Shown: positions 21,401-31,295, numbered from the stretch's first letter. The stretch is 64,000 nt of DNA from an uncultured Clostridia bacterium (GCA_946187325.1 CAMHQC010000008.1:20485-84484); one strand, 5' to 3'. Program-made: numbers and translations. Notes: a model not told the origin generated them from the sequence alone.

Positions 21401-22016
21401 TAAGCGGACCGACTCTTTCCTCAAGGTCTGTTACAATATCTCTCAACCTTAAAAGATTGTCTTCGGTATGTTTAAGTTTTCTTTCGGATTCAATTTTTTT
21501 ATATCTGTACCTTGAAATACCCGCGGCTTCTTCGAAAATCTCACGTCTGTCTTCGCTTTTTGAGGAAACGATACTATCGATTTTACCCTGACCAATCATA
21601 GAATAACCGTCACGGCCAAGACCTGTATCCATAAACAGCTCGTTAACGTCTTTTAAACGAACCTGAGCGCCGTTTATTAGATATTCGCTTTCACCGCTTC
21701 GAAAATAGCGTCTTGTAACAGCTACATTATCGCCGTCATACTGTAGAAACCTATCCTTATTCTGAATATTCAAGGTAACTTCCGCGTAGCCTTTAGCTTT
21801 TCTATCGTCAGTACCGTTAAATACAACGTCCTCCATTTTGGAACATCGCAGGCTTTTAGGCGACTGCTCTCCGAGAACCCATCTTATAGCGTCGCTTATA
21901 TTACTTTTACCCGAGCCGTTAGGGCCTACTACAGAGGTCATACCGGTATCGAATTCCAATTTAGTTTTATCGGGGAATGTTTTAAAACCTTGAATTTCAA
22001 GAGATTTTAATAGCAT
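18450..22016 (-). CDS. smc: Chromosome segregation protein SMC
   Basis: GPNGSGKSN Walker A, long coiled coils, hinge GRATFLP, LSGGE signature and DEIEAALD. Confidence 0.98.
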   Translation of the reverse strand: MLLKSLEIQGFKTFPDKTKLEFDTGMTSVVGPNGSGKSNISDAIRWVLGEQSPKSLRCSKMEDVVFNGTDDRKAKGYAEVTLNIQNKDRFLQYDGDNVAVTRRYFRSGESEYLINGAQVRLKDVNELFMDTGLGRDGYSMIGQGKIDSIVSSKSEDRREIFEEAAGISRYRYKKIESERKLKHTEDNLLRLRDIVTDLEERVGPLKKQSDKAEKFLEYSGEKKDIEIALWVNTINNSNKTIKEEEDKIEISRLQHAQADEVLENIQSETENIYLKNAQYSSDVESIRENINNIIAEISSKKSSVSVSENDILHNKENIDRLKEEIKKVDIDAEDALNDIEKKKEKISELEKYIVEKQESYDEVSDKLNVINTDSSRSGDKIQELSSKLAGLTAQSADARVTQMTSVTSVTELQARIENILSSNSQRYEQYETTLEISKNYEKEIDKINSDVESLENSIKGLELKLESRKKKRDELKEKTDNLRLDTEQALRRVRLLEDLERNLEGFSYSVKNVVKASKNGQLKGIRGPVSRIIEVPSEYTVAIEVALGAAMQNVVTTTEQDAKSAITFLKKRDGGRATFLPMNTIKPKEFNEKGIDDFYGFVGIASDLCDCKPEYNNILKYLLGRIVIAEDLNSATVIAKKFNYRFKVVTLDGQVVNAGGSLTGGSLGKKSGLLSRAGEIAKYKKNAEDLNKKALESEKLFEKASSDYSAIEGEILATRADLSNSKQEQVRILTEAKACENDLKSQKQAIDEAENEIKSCKDRIAQFKIDEKKAKEQLDDINWSISEYEAQLEEITGNRSKLTEQREKMSEKLQNIRLEIVTAKKDIDTLNSEISYAVSTEENRDSRKAEIISEIDRINNVISDTQKRIDSLLSDIKNSDDKVKCLNAEIDTINSKKADLEKRSGELRNLEREKTNEREAAGQELARLEERRINLQKEYDNIISKLWEEYQLTKKEAEETAVKLDNISEAKTRLNQLKSKIRGLGNVNVGAIEEYKEVSEKYSFISVQVNDVEKSKKEIERLIKDLTKQMQEEFLKSFEEINRNFTYTFKELFGGGTASLALTDPEDILTSGIDIIVHPPGKIVVHLDALSGGEKALVAIALYFAIMKVRPAPFCVMDEIEAALDEVNVDRFAQYVRSLTNKTQFILITHRRGTMEEADVLYGVTMQDEGVSKLLELRASEVSDKLGI

Positions 22017-22024
22017 ATTTTCAC

Positions 22025-23011
22025 CTATTTTATTAAAATATCGTACTTATCTAAACTGTTATCGGATTTAAAAGTTATATTATAACCCAATTCATTTAGT
22101 TTATTTAGATTACTTTTGTTTTGTCCTATAGCCTTTGACAATGACTTTTGATTAACATAGACTATAAAGTCATTTTTTTCTGTATTTTTAAGTTGATTAA
22201 TGATTTTATCAAAAAACAACTTATTTTCGCAAAGCTCCTTAAAAGCAGGATGATAGTTCTTGGCAACATCATTCTCTTTTAACGATTCGCTGTAATGAAG
22301 CCCTACACGAATCACATCAATGTTATTATCTTCGAATAAAGAAATAAGCTCAGAGCATAAAGAAATTGATTCATTCAGAGTATAAGGTATGTATTTACCG
22401 CTATTATAAAAGGTTTCGAGTTCGGTATTCTTCATAATTACGGTAGGATAAATCCTAACACAGGCCGGATTTAACTTTAAAAACTCCCGAGCTGTATATA
22501 AATCGGCTTCAAAACTGCTTTTATAAAGCCCGGTCATCATCTGAAGTCCTAGATTAAATCCGTATTCCTTTATTAATTTTGACGAGTTTCTCACATCATT
22601 TGAGCTGTGTCCCCGCTTATTAGCGAAAAGAACTTCGTCGTTCATAGACTGAGCGCCAAGCTCGATAGTCGTGACATTATAATTCTTTAATAGAATTAAT
22701 ACTTCCTCGTTAATATAATCCGGTCTGGTAGAAATTCGTATTCCTTTAAACATATGAATGTAAGGCTTAGTTGATTCTAATAGAGATATCATATAATCTC
22801 GCTTTATAGCAGTAAAACTGCCGCCGAAAAAAGCGATTTCGGATTCTTTAGTATCTCCGCCGAGGAATTTTACAGCATTTTCTATTGTACTTTTTACATC
22901 TTCACTGTCAGGCTGATTAAGCTGTCCTGTAATCTCTCTTTGGTCACAGAACGAACATTGGTGCGGGCAACCGTTATGCGGTACAAATACAGCGATATTA
23001 TTGTGTTTAAT
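22025..23011 (-). CDS. Elp3-like radical SAM protein, 328 aa, non-canonical ATT start
   Basis: The frame is open upstream of the ORF-track ATG: (ATT)KHNNIAVFVPHNGCPHQCSFCDQREITG...EIAFFGGSFT. It carries the CxxxCxxC motif missing from the 255 aa call. An in-frame TGA lies three codons before ATT. Confidence 0.8.
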   Translation of the reverse strand: MKHNNIAVFVPHNGCPHQCSFCDQREITGQLNQPDSEDVKSTIENAVKFLGGDTKESEIAFFGGSFTAIKRDYMISLLESTKPYIHMFKGIRISTRPDYINEEVLILLKNYNVTTIELGAQSMNDEVLFANKRGHSSNDVRNSSKLIKEYGFNLGLQMMTGLYKSSFEADLYTAREFLKLNPACVRIYPTVIMKNTELETFYNSGKYIPYTLNESISLCSELISLFEDNNIDVIRVGLHYSESLKENDVAKNYHPAFKELCENKLFFDKIINQLKNTEKNDFIVYVNQKSLSKAIGQNKSNLNKLNELGYNITFKSDNSLDKYDILIK

Positions 23012-23684
23012 AACCCATCAGCTCCAAAGCCTCTCTTGCAGCATTCTGCTCAGCTTCCTTTTTGCTTCTTCCGCCGCCTTTTCCGATAGAATTGCTGTTT
23101 AACAACACTTCAAATACAAAGTGTTTATCATGGTCGGGGCCTGATTCGGAAACCATACGGTACAAAATCTTTTCACCCGGGTTTTTCTGAACAATCTCCT
23201 GCAAAGTAGTCTTATAATCTTTAAAAGGTTTAGTGCTTTTATTATTTAATTCAGGAATTACAAAACGTAAAATATGCTTTTTTGCGGGTTCCATTCCGCC
23301 GTCTAGATAAATAGCCGCTATTACGGCCTCGAAAGCGTCCGAAACAATAGACGGACGATCGGCTCCGCCTCCGTTTTTCTCACCCTTGCTAAATAATAAA
23401 TAATCGCCTAAATTAATTTGTTTGCCAAATTTATAAAGAGCTTTCTCACACACCAAAGCCGCTCTCAGCTTAGTAAGCTCGCCCTCGGGTAATTCGGGTA
23501 AATTTTCGAATATATACTCGGCGACTACGATTGATAATACGGCGTCTCCGAGAAATTCTAACCGCTCGTTACACTTAATATTTTTATCCTTTGCCTCGTT
23601 AGCGTAAGACGAATGTGTAAGAGCTTCTCTAAGTAAAACAGGATTTTTAAACTTATATTCAATTACTTTTTCAAAATCTTTCAT
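23007..23684 (-). CDS. rnc: Ribonuclease III
   Basis: NERLEFLGDAVL signature, DAFEAVIAAIYLD and dsRBD KDYKTTLQE. Confidence 0.97.
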   Translation of the reverse strand: MKDFEKVIEYKFKNPVLLREALTHSSYANEAKDKNIKCNERLEFLGDAVLSIVVAEYIFENLPELPEGELTKLRAALVCEKALYKFGKQINLGDYLLFSKGEKNGGGADRPSIVSDAFEAVIAAIYLDGGMEPAKKHILRFVIPELNNKSTKPFKDYKTTLQEIVQKNPGEKILYRMVSESGPDHDKHFVFEVLLNSNSIGKGGGRSKKEAEQNAAREALELMGY

Positions 23685-23691
23685 TATATCC

Positions 23692-24678
23692 TCATTTTAA
23701 TGCGTTTGTTATTTCGTTAATTACGTCTGCTTCAACATACTCTTTAGTTAATCTTACAGCGTTTTTAAAGGTTTTAGCCTTAGCGCTTCCGTGAGCTTTA
23801 AAAACAGGTTTTAATGTGCCCATAATCGGCGCTCCGCCGTATTCATTATAGTCAAATTCCTTAACCATTTTCTTTAAGTCGCCCATAACCAGCGCTGCGG
23901 CGAGCTTGCTTTTAGCGTTTTTGGAGAAAAGCTCCTTGACTTTTCCCATAATAGCTTTAGCCGTTCCTTCGTAAGTCTTTAGAACAACATTGCCGGTGAA
24001 GCCGTCGCATACGGCTACATCGCAATTACCGTAAGGTAAATCTCGTCCCTCTACATTACCGATAAAGTTTATATCGGCATTTTTTAAAAGCTCAAAAGTT
24101 TTATGGTGAAGTTCCATTCCTTTATGTTCTTCGGCACCGACGTTAATAAGACCTACTCTCGGATTATCAACCTTCATTACATTTTTCATATAGGCTGAAC
24201 CCATTACAGCGTATTGAAGTATCATTTCGGGACGAGTTTCAAGGTTAGCCCCCGCGTCAATAAGCATAAAACAACCGCCGCCGAAATGCGGTAGAATAGG
24301 CGCGAATCCGGGTCGTTTAATACCTCGAATACGCTTAGCTATAAGAGTACCGCCTACACAAAGCGCGCCGCTGTTGCCGGCGCTTACGAAAGCGTCTCCC
24401 TCGCCCTGAGAGAGCATTTTTAAAGCCACAGACATTGAACTGTCGGTTTTTTTCTTTAAAACAGAATCCGCTTCTTCGTCTGTAGCGATTACTTCCGAAG
24501 CGTTTACAACTGTAAAATCAGAAATATCAAGATTATTTTCATCTGAGACAGATTTGATTACATCTTCCTGTCCTACAAGAATTATATCAACACCGTATTC
24601 GTTATGAGCTTGTATTGAACCTTTTATTATTTCGAGAGGAGCATTATCTCCGCCCATTGCGTCTACTAGAATTTTCAT
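23692..24678 (-). CDS. plsX: Phosphate acyltransferase PlsX
   Basis: VDAMGGDNAP, SAGNSGA, DAGAN, CDGFTGNVVLK and KAHGS. Confidence 0.96.
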   Translation of the reverse strand: MKILVDAMGGDNAPLEIIKGSIQAHNEYGVDIILVGQEDVIKSVSDENNLDISDFTVVNASEVIATDEEADSVLKKKTDSSMSVALKMLSQGEGDAFVSAGNSGALCVGGTLIAKRIRGIKRPGFAPILPHFGGGCFMLIDAGANLETRPEMILQYAVMGSAYMKNVMKVDNPRVGLINVGAEEHKGMELHHKTFELLKNADINFIGNVEGRDLPYGNCDVAVCDGFTGNVVLKTYEGTAKAIMGKVKELFSKNAKSKLAAALVMGDLKKMVKEFDYNEYGGAPIMGTLKPVFKAHGSAKAKTFKNAVRLTKEYVEADVINEITNALK

Positions 24679-25988
24679 AATCTCACGCTTTCCAGATATA
24701 TTTTTAAGTCGCTAAGCGACCTGTCCGCATACGCTTGTCCGCGTTCTTTTTTATCTCGCGGACGATTTATAAGTTCAGGTAATATACCGAAATTAGCTCC
24801 CATAGGCTGAAAGTCCTTTACAGTGTCATCTGCTATGTAACGGCTTAACGAGCCGAGCATAGTAGTTTCGGGTAATAAAACAGTGTCTTCGCCATTTAAA
24901 CGTCTATACGCGTTGATACCGGCTATAATACCCGAGGACGCGCTTTCCATATAGCCCTCGACTCCTGTAATCTGTCCCGCAAAAAATAAATTAGGGTAAC
25001 TCTTAACGCTAAAATCATTATTTAAAACCTTTGGAGAATTAAGAAATGTATTTCTATGCATAACACCGTATCGTACAAACTCGGCATTTTTAAGAGCAGG
25101 AATCAATCCAAAAACTCTTTTTTGTTCCGGAAATTTGAGGTTAGTTTGAAATCCGACAAGATTATACATAGTGCCTGACGAGTTTTCTTTTCTGAGTTGC
25201 AGCACAGCCCATGGTCTGTGACCTGTATTCGGATCAGTTAAACCAACAGGCTTCATAGGGCCGAAACGAATAGTATCATGTCCGCGTTGAGCCATAACCT
25301 CAATAGGCATACAGCCCTCATATACTTTAGGATCTCTAACGTCAAAGTCGTTAATCGGCGCTCTTTCGGCGTTCACTAAAGCTTCGTAGAAAACCTCGTA
25401 TTCTTCCTTGTTCATAGGACAGTTTAGATAATCTGTTTTATCGCCTTTACCGTATCTGGATTCAAAGAAAGCCTTGCTCATATCAACACTTTTAAAATCC
25501 ACAATCGGAGCCGCAGCGTCAAAAAACGAAAGAGAATCTCCAAATATTTCGTTGATTCTATCCGCTAACGCGTCGGAAGTTAATGGGCCTGTAGCTATAA
25601 CGGTAATTTCGAATTGATTTATCGAAGTTATTTCTTTGTTAATAACATTTATATTTTTATTAGATTTTATCTCGTCTGTGACTATTTTAGAAAAAATATC
25701 TCGGTCTACAGCTAACGCTCCGCCCGCGGGTACTCTTGCTTTTTTTGCGGCTTTTAAAAGAATTGAATCGAGATTTCTCATTTCTTCTTTTAAAAGTCCC
25801 GCGGCCGAATTAACTCTATCCGCTTTAAAAGAGTTAGAGCATACAAGCTCCGCGAACATATCGGATTTATGAGCCGGAGATTTTTTAGCAGGCTTCATCT
25901 CGTAAAGATTAACGCTTACTCCGCGTTTAGCAAGCTGATAAGCGGCCTCACAGCCGGCCATTCCCGCTCCAATTACATTAACAGTCAT
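24675..25988 (-). CDS. trmFO: tRNA (uracil-54) methyltransferase TrmFO
   Basis: GAGMAGCEAA, AELVCSNS, YEGCMPIE and AGQITGVEGY. Confidence 0.96.
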   Translation of the reverse strand: MTVNVIGAGMAGCEAAYQLAKRGVSVNLYEMKPAKKSPAHKSDMFAELVCSNSFKADRVNSAAGLLKEEMRNLDSILLKAAKKARVPAGGALAVDRDIFSKIVTDEIKSNKNINVINKEITSINQFEITVIATGPLTSDALADRINEIFGDSLSFFDAAAPIVDFKSVDMSKAFFESRYGKGDKTDYLNCPMNKEEYEVFYEALVNAERAPINDFDVRDPKVYEGCMPIEVMAQRGHDTIRFGPMKPVGLTDPNTGHRPWAVLQLRKENSSGTMYNLVGFQTNLKFPEQKRVFGLIPALKNAEFVRYGVMHRNTFLNSPKVLNNDFSVKSYPNLFFAGQITGVEGYMESASSGIIAGINAYRRLNGEDTVLLPETTMLGSLSRYIADDTVKDFQPMGANFGILPELINRPRDKKERGQAYADRSLSDLKIYLESVRL

Positions 25989-25993
25989 ACTTA

Positions 25994-28069
25994 TTAGCTT
26001 TTCTCGGTCTTTTCATAACCGCAGTCTTTATTCTCACAGAACAATACTTTTTTCTTACCCTTTTTCTTAAAGAGTATCTCTCCGCATTGCGGACATCTTT
26101 CGTTAACAGGCTCGTTCCATGAAACAAAATCACATTTAGGATAGTTACTGCAACCGTAGAAAACAGTTTTTCTCTTGGTAGTTTTTATAATAACATCTCC
26201 GTCATTACATTTCGGACACTTAACACCGATTTTCTGAACATATTTTTTAACATTCTTACACTCAGGGTAACCCGGGCAGGCGATAAATTTACCGTAGCGG
26301 CCTACTTTAATAACCATATTTCGTCCGCAGTTTTCGCAGATAATGTCGGTTTTATCCTCTTCAAGCTGGATTTTAACGCCGTCCATATCGGTTTTAGCCT
26401 TAGCTAAGGTTTTGTCAAAATCCTGGTAGAAATCGTCAATAAGCGCTCTCCACTCAACTTTTCCGCTCTCTACAGTGTCTAAGCTCTGCTCCATCTGAGC
26501 GGTAAACTTCAGGTTTACTATCTTAGAAAATCGCTCTTTCATAAGCTTAACCATAGCTTCTCCGAGCTCGGTCGGTATGAGAGTTTTACCATCTCGTTTA
26601 ACGTATTCACGGCTTGTTATAGTAGAAATAGTCGCGGCATAGGTAGAAGGACGCCCGATTCCGTTTTCTTCGAGTGTTTTAATTAAGGACGCTTCGGTGT
26701 ATCTCTGAGGCGGCTGCGTAAAGTGCTGATTAGGTACAATCTCTTTTTTGCGCACGCTCATACCTTTTTCAAGGCCGGGAAGCTGAGAGGCTTTTTCCTC
26801 GGCAACATCTTTACCCTCTACGTAAAGAGAGGTAAATCCGTCAAAAGATACCGTATAACCCGAAGCTTTAAAGATATGATTATTTCCTTCGATTTCAGCT
26901 CTGGTAGTTTTCTGTAAACAGTCAGCCATCTGAGAAGCTACAAATCGTTTCCAAATAAGGTTATAGAGCTTATACTGATCACTTGAAAGATTATGTTTAA
27001 TCTTATCAGGCTCTAAAGACGGCATAGTCGGTCTGATGGCTTCATGTCCGTCCTGAGCGTTTGAGCGAGATTTAAAAAATCTGGGTTTAGCGGGCAAATA
27101 TTTCTCTCCGTACTTAGAAGAAATGTATTCTGTAACCTCTGATATAGCCTGAGCGGAAATTCTTAAAGAGTCAGTTCTCATATAAGTGATAAGACCTGTC
27201 GCGCCCATTCCGTCGATTTCAATTCCTTCGTAAAGCTCCTGAGCCACGCGCATTGTACGTCTCGACTGGAATCCGAGTTTTCTGGAAGCTTCCTGTTGTA
27301 ATGTAGAAGTGATAAAAGGAGGCGCGGGTGATTTCTTCCTTGTACCGTGTTTAACATCTTTTACAAAGAAATCAGCGTCCTCGAGTTCGGCGAGGATTTT
27401 TTTAGCTTCTTCTTCATTTTTAATCTTATCTTTGCCGAGATATAAAGTCGCGGGGAAAGATTTTCTGGACCCCTTTGGTATAAACTTTGCGTCAATTGAC
27501 CAGTATTCCTCGGGGTTGAACGCTCTTATTTCTTCCTCTCTGTCTACAATTATACGTACAGCTACAGACTGGACACGTCCCGCGGACATACCTCTCCTTA
27601 TTTTTTGAGAGATGAACGGACTGAGCTTGTATCCTACAAGGCGGTCGAGTACACGTCTTGCCTGCTGCGCGTTAACAAGATTTAAGTTGATAGATCTGGG
27701 GGCGCTCATACCCTGAGTAACACCTGTTTTAGTTATTTCGTTAAATTCTACTCTGTTGTTGTCGTTTAAGTCAAGATCAAGAATATAAGCTAAATGCCAC
27801 GAAATCGCTTCTCCCTCACGGTCGGGGTCGGTTGCGAGAAATACTTTATCGCAACCGGCGGCATGTGCCTTAATATCTTTTACCAGAGCTTCTTTACCCT
27901 TGATAATAGAGTACTTAGGCTCGTAATTATTCTTTATATCTACGCTTAATCTTGCGTTCGGTAAATCACGCACGTGACCCATAGACGCGATTACATCGTA
28001 ATCCTTACCCAGATATTTTTTTATTGTTTTAGCCTTAGCGGGCGACTCAACAATAACTAAATTCGACAT
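25994..28069 (-). CDS. topA: DNA topoisomerase I
   Basis: VESPAKAKTI, DPDREGEAI, SAGRVQS, ITYMRTDS and C-terminal Zn ribbons. Confidence 0.98.
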   Translation of the reverse strand: MSNLVIVESPAKAKTIKKYLGKDYDVIASMGHVRDLPNARLSVDIKNNYEPKYSIIKGKEALVKDIKAHAAGCDKVFLATDPDREGEAISWHLAYILDLDLNDNNRVEFNEITKTGVTQGMSAPRSINLNLVNAQQARRVLDRLVGYKLSPFISQKIRRGMSAGRVQSVAVRIIVDREEEIRAFNPEEYWSIDAKFIPKGSRKSFPATLYLGKDKIKNEEEAKKILAELEDADFFVKDVKHGTRKKSPAPPFITSTLQQEASRKLGFQSRRTMRVAQELYEGIEIDGMGATGLITYMRTDSLRISAQAISEVTEYISSKYGEKYLPAKPRFFKSRSNAQDGHEAIRPTMPSLEPDKIKHNLSSDQYKLYNLIWKRFVASQMADCLQKTTRAEIEGNNHIFKASGYTVSFDGFTSLYVEGKDVAEEKASQLPGLEKGMSVRKKEIVPNQHFTQPPQRYTEASLIKTLEENGIGRPSTYAATISTITSREYVKRDGKTLIPTELGEAMVKLMKERFSKIVNLKFTAQMEQSLDTVESGKVEWRALIDDFYQDFDKTLAKAKTDMDGVKIQLEEDKTDIICENCGRNMVIKVGRYGKFIACPGYPECKNVKKYVQKIGVKCPKCNDGDVIIKTTKRKTVFYGCSNYPKCDFVSWNEPVNERCPQCGEILFKKKGKKKVLFCENKDCGYEKTEKS

Positions 28070-28122
28070 AGTTTCATAACCTTTCCGTATAGTATAATTA
28101 AATTCTAATAGAATTTTGATGT

Positions 28123-29319
28123 CTAAATCAATCTATAGTTTCCACCCTGCACACATCTGATCAGCTCTCTTAACTCGAGAGTAGTAAGAATGGGAAGAAT
28201 CTTAAAAACAGGTAGTTCGGTCATTTCCGCTATCTTATCAATATGAACAGGCTCATAATTAATAGCGTAATAAACCTTGCATTCGTCCTCGGTTAAATTG
28301 AGATTTTCTTTATGTGCGGGAACTTCGCTTAAATCATTAGTTCTTAAACCGTTTATATTCTTCGGTGCTTTACCCTTTATCGGAATAACGTCTATTACAT
28401 CGTCGGACGGCTGAGCTGATACATCCAGCTCAGTTGTAACATAGACATTTTCGAAAGCGTCTATAATATCCTTATAATCTGTAACTAATGTAGCGATTTT
28501 ATTTTTAACCAGCTTATTCGAGCCGTCAAAATGTGAATCCACAGGTCCCGCCAGCGCAAAAATCTTTTTATTTGGATTTTGCTCCAAAGCGGAATTGACA
28601 GTTATAAGTGAACCGCTCCTGCTTCCGGCCTCGATAACAAGCACTCCATCGGATAGAGCGGAGATTATTCGGTTTCTTTGTGGAAAATGAAAGCTGTAAG
28701 GTTCTGTATCGGGCGGATATTCGCTGATTACAGCGCCTTTATAAGTTATATCACTTCTCATTTTAGCGTTTTCGCGAAGATAGTCGTAGTTTATACCACA
28801 ACCCAACACACATATTGTCACACCGTCAGCGGCTAAAGTGCCTAAATGAGATGAGCAGTCAACGCCCAAAGCCCCGCCGCTAATAATAGTTACGCCTGAT
28901 TTAGCGAGATTATACGCAAAACTATATGACGATTTAATACCGTACATAGAGGCTTTTCTTGTACCGATAACGGCAATAGACATTCTGTCATTAATATCAG
29001 GAAGCGCTCCGGAAATATACAGTACCGCCGGAGGATCGTCAATCTCAAAAAGACATTTCGGATATCCGGGACTGTCGATGCATAGTAAATCGTAGAAATA
29101 ATGATTACATTTGCTTATAATTTCGTCAGATACCGAAAGCGGAGTTTTAATTAGATTATCAATCTCTTTATTGGAAAATAATCCTGATAACCGCCATTCT
29201 TTTTCTCCGCCGAGATAAAACTCCTCTATACTATCGTAAAGAAAAGTTAATTGTTTAGCTTTAGTTGTACAATATCCTATTGATTGTGTAAACCAAATCC
29301 AATATCTAAGATTATTCAT
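28123..29319 (-). CDS. dprA: DNA-processing protein DprA
   Basis: IGTRKAS, ISGGALGVD, FPQRNRIISALS, IEAG.RSGSLIT and C-terminal wHTH. Confidence 0.95.
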   Translation of the reverse strand: MNNLRYWIWFTQSIGYCTTKAKQLTFLYDSIEEFYLGGEKEWRLSGLFSNKEIDNLIKTPLSVSDEIISKCNHYFYDLLCIDSPGYPKCLFEIDDPPAVLYISGALPDINDRMSIAVIGTRKASMYGIKSSYSFAYNLAKSGVTIISGGALGVDCSSHLGTLAADGVTICVLGCGINYDYLRENAKMRSDITYKGAVISEYPPDTEPYSFHFPQRNRIISALSDGVLVIEAGSRSGSLITVNSALEQNPNKKIFALAGPVDSHFDGSNKLVKNKIATLVTDYKDIIDAFENVYVTTELDVSAQPSDDVIDVIPIKGKAPKNINGLRTNDLSEVPAHKENLNLTEDECKVYYAINYEPVHIDKIAEMTELPVFKILPILTTLELRELIRCVQGGNYRLI

Positions 29320-30098
29320 TTAATCATTTCCCACATTAATATAGCCGCGGCGGCTGAAGCGTTAAGCGATTCGGCTCTGCCGTTCATAGGTATAGTAACT
29401 GTATAATCACAAACGCTCACGGTATCTTCCTTCACACCGTTGCCTTCGTTTCCGATAACCAAAACGCTCGAGGGATTAAACTTTATATCTGTTATTTTAT
29501 CGGCTGTATCATATACCACGGACGCGTAAGAAGTTAAGTTATTGTTTTCAGAAATAAACTCTTTTATAGTCTTCACTGTGATAAAAGGTATTCTGAAAAC
29601 AGCTCCCATACTTCCCCTGACAACCTTTGGAGAATAAATATCACAGCAATCCTCAGAAAGAATAATACCGTTTACTCCGAGAGCATCGGCAGTTCTAAGT
29701 ATAGTACCTAAATTAGAAGGATCTTGGATATTATCGAGAGCAACAAATTTTCCGCCACTCTTAATTTTATCAAATAGAGTAGGTTTGTCAAGAGCTTTTA
29801 TTACACAAAGAACTCCCTGGGGAGTTTTTGTCTCACAAATATCTTTAAATACAGACTTAGATACAACGTATGTTTTTTCGCTTCCGGCTTCAATTTCATT
29901 AATTACATCGATGTATTTATCTATAATATCCTCACATATTACAAGATTTGAGATAAAAGCATTTGATTGAACAGCGTCTATACAAAGCCTTACGCCCTCC
30001 GCTACAAACTCGTTATTTTGCTTACGATATTTAGAACTTTTATTAAGTTTATTTATATGTTTAATTAAAGAATTATCTTTACTGGTTATCTTAATCAT
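29316..30098 (-). CDS. TrmH/SpoU family RNA methyltransferase
   Basis: IQDPSNLGTILRTA, IGNEGNG and ESLNASAAA. Confidence 0.93.
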   Translation of the reverse strand: MIKITSKDNSLIKHINKLNKSSKYRKQNNEFVAEGVRLCIDAVQSNAFISNLVICEDIIDKYIDVINEIEAGSEKTYVVSKSVFKDICETKTPQGVLCVIKALDKPTLFDKIKSGGKFVALDNIQDPSNLGTILRTADALGVNGIILSEDCCDIYSPKVVRGSMGAVFRIPFITVKTIKEFISENNNLTSYASVVYDTADKITDIKFNPSSVLVIGNEGNGVKEDTVSVCDYTVTIPMNGRAESLNASAAAAILMWEMIK

Positions 30099-30120
30099 AA
30101 TAAAAAAATGTATACACTAA

Positions 30121-30154
30121 AAAACAGCAAAAGCGTTTGGGATACCCCAAACGC
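30121..30154 (-). terminator. Intrinsic terminator after rplT
   Basis: gcgtttggg-gtat-cccaaacgc followed by ttttgctgtttt. Confidence 0.85.
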
Positions 30155-30168
30155 ATTTACATTTTAAA

Positions 30169-30522
30169 TTATTTTGCGGCTTTAGCCTGCTCAACGAGAG
30201 CTGTAAAAGCAGCGGGATCGGAAATAGCGATTTCCGAAAGCATCTTACGGTTAAGTGTAATTCCTGCTTTTTTAAGACCGTTCATAAATGTAGAGTAGTT
30301 AACTCCGTTAGCCTTACAAGCGGCAGAAATACGAGTAATCCATAAACGACGGAAATCTCTCTTTTTCTGTTTACGACCGATATAAGCGTAATTTCCGGAC
30401 TTCATAACAGCCTGTTTAGCCATTTTAAAGTGTCTGGATTTAGCGCCGAAATAACCCTTAGCGAGTTTTAATACTTTTTTTCTTCTCTTGCGAGTAGTAA
30501 TCGCACCTTTTACTCGTGCCAT
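30169..30522 (-). CDS. rplT: 50S ribosomal protein L20
   Basis: MARVK...[11 protein letters not shown] and [12 protein letters not shown]. Confidence 0.99.
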   Translation of the reverse strand: MARVKGAITTRKRRKKVLKLAKGYFGAKSRHFKMAKQAVMKSGNYAYIGRKQKKRDFRRLWITRISAACKANGVNYSTFMNGLKKAGITLNRKMLSEIAISDPAAFTALVEQAKAAK

Positions 30523-30556
30523 TTTAAATACCTCCGTTAATTAGAATTCAAATAAA

Positions 30557-30754
30557 TTATTTATAAGGGATAAGACGTTTAATCTGAGCCACGTTTGTCT
30601 TATCAGCACAAGTAGTCTGGCGCAGACCTCTCTTACGTTTAGTTGTCTTCTTGTTTAAGATGTGAGATTTGTTAGCGTGAGCGCGAATAACCTTACCGTT
30701 TTTAGAAAGCTTAAAGCGTTTTTTGGCTCCGCTGTGTGTTTTGATTTTTGGCAT
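30557..30754 (-). CDS. rpmI: 50S ribosomal protein L35
   Basis: [14 protein letters not shown]. Confidence 0.99.
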   Translation of the reverse strand: MPKIKTHSGAKKRFKLSKNGKVIRAHANKSHILNKKTTKRKRGLRQTTCADKTNVAQIKRLIPYK

Positions 30755-30776
30755 AATATTTATCCTCCTTAACTAT

Positions 30777-31295
30777 TTACTTATTCGGCTTGGGTGATAA
30801 GAACATAAGCATATTGCGGCCTTCGAGCTTAGCGGGTTTATTTATAACCGCGTACTCGCTGCAAGCCTCAGAAAATTTGTTCATAAGGTCATATCCAAAC
30901 TCAGAATGTCCCATTTCTCTGCCGCGGAATCTGATTGATACCTTAACTTTATCGCCGTGCTTTAAAAACTTAATAGCGTTATTAAGCTTAGTGTTAAAGT
31001 CGTGAGTATCGATATTAAGCGAAAGTCTAACTTCTTTTGTATCGACAATCTTCTGATTCTTTCTGGCTTCCTTTTCCCTTTTAGCTTGCTCAAATTTGTA
31101 CTTACCGTAATCCATAATTTTGCACACAGGCGGTTTAGCCTGAGGAGCAATTTTTACAAGATCAAGGTCTTCCTTAGCCGCCAGATCAAGAGCTTTTTCA
31201 GCCGACATAATGCCGAGCTGTTCGCCACTAGCGCTTATAATTCGTAATTCGTTGTCGCGAATATCTTCGTTGATCTGAATTTCATGCTTACTGAT
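30777..31295 (-). CDS. infC: Translation initiation factor IF-3, probable non-canonical ATC start at 31295
   Basis: INEDIR, LDLVKIAP, PVCKIMDYGK and KEVRLS. GGAGG lies 9 nt before ATC. The ORF-track N-terminus reads through the leader terminator. Confidence 0.93.
   Translation of the reverse strand: MSKHEIQINEDIRDNELRIISASGEQLGIMSAEKALDLAAKEDLDLVKIAPQAKPPVCKIMDYGKYKFEQAKREKEARKNQKIVDTKEVRLSLNIDTHDFNTKLNNAIKFLKHGDKVKVSIRFRGREMGHSEFGYDLMNKFSEACSEYAVINKPAKLEGRNMLMFLSPKPNK

Noticed and set aside
22025-22792. ORF-track 255 aa call as the complete gene
   Set aside because: It omits the CxxxCxxC motif, which is in the same open frame upstream.
23685-23691. Missing acpP between plsX and rnc
   Set aside because: Absence is real (7 bp gap), but this gene order varies widely in Clostridia and says little.
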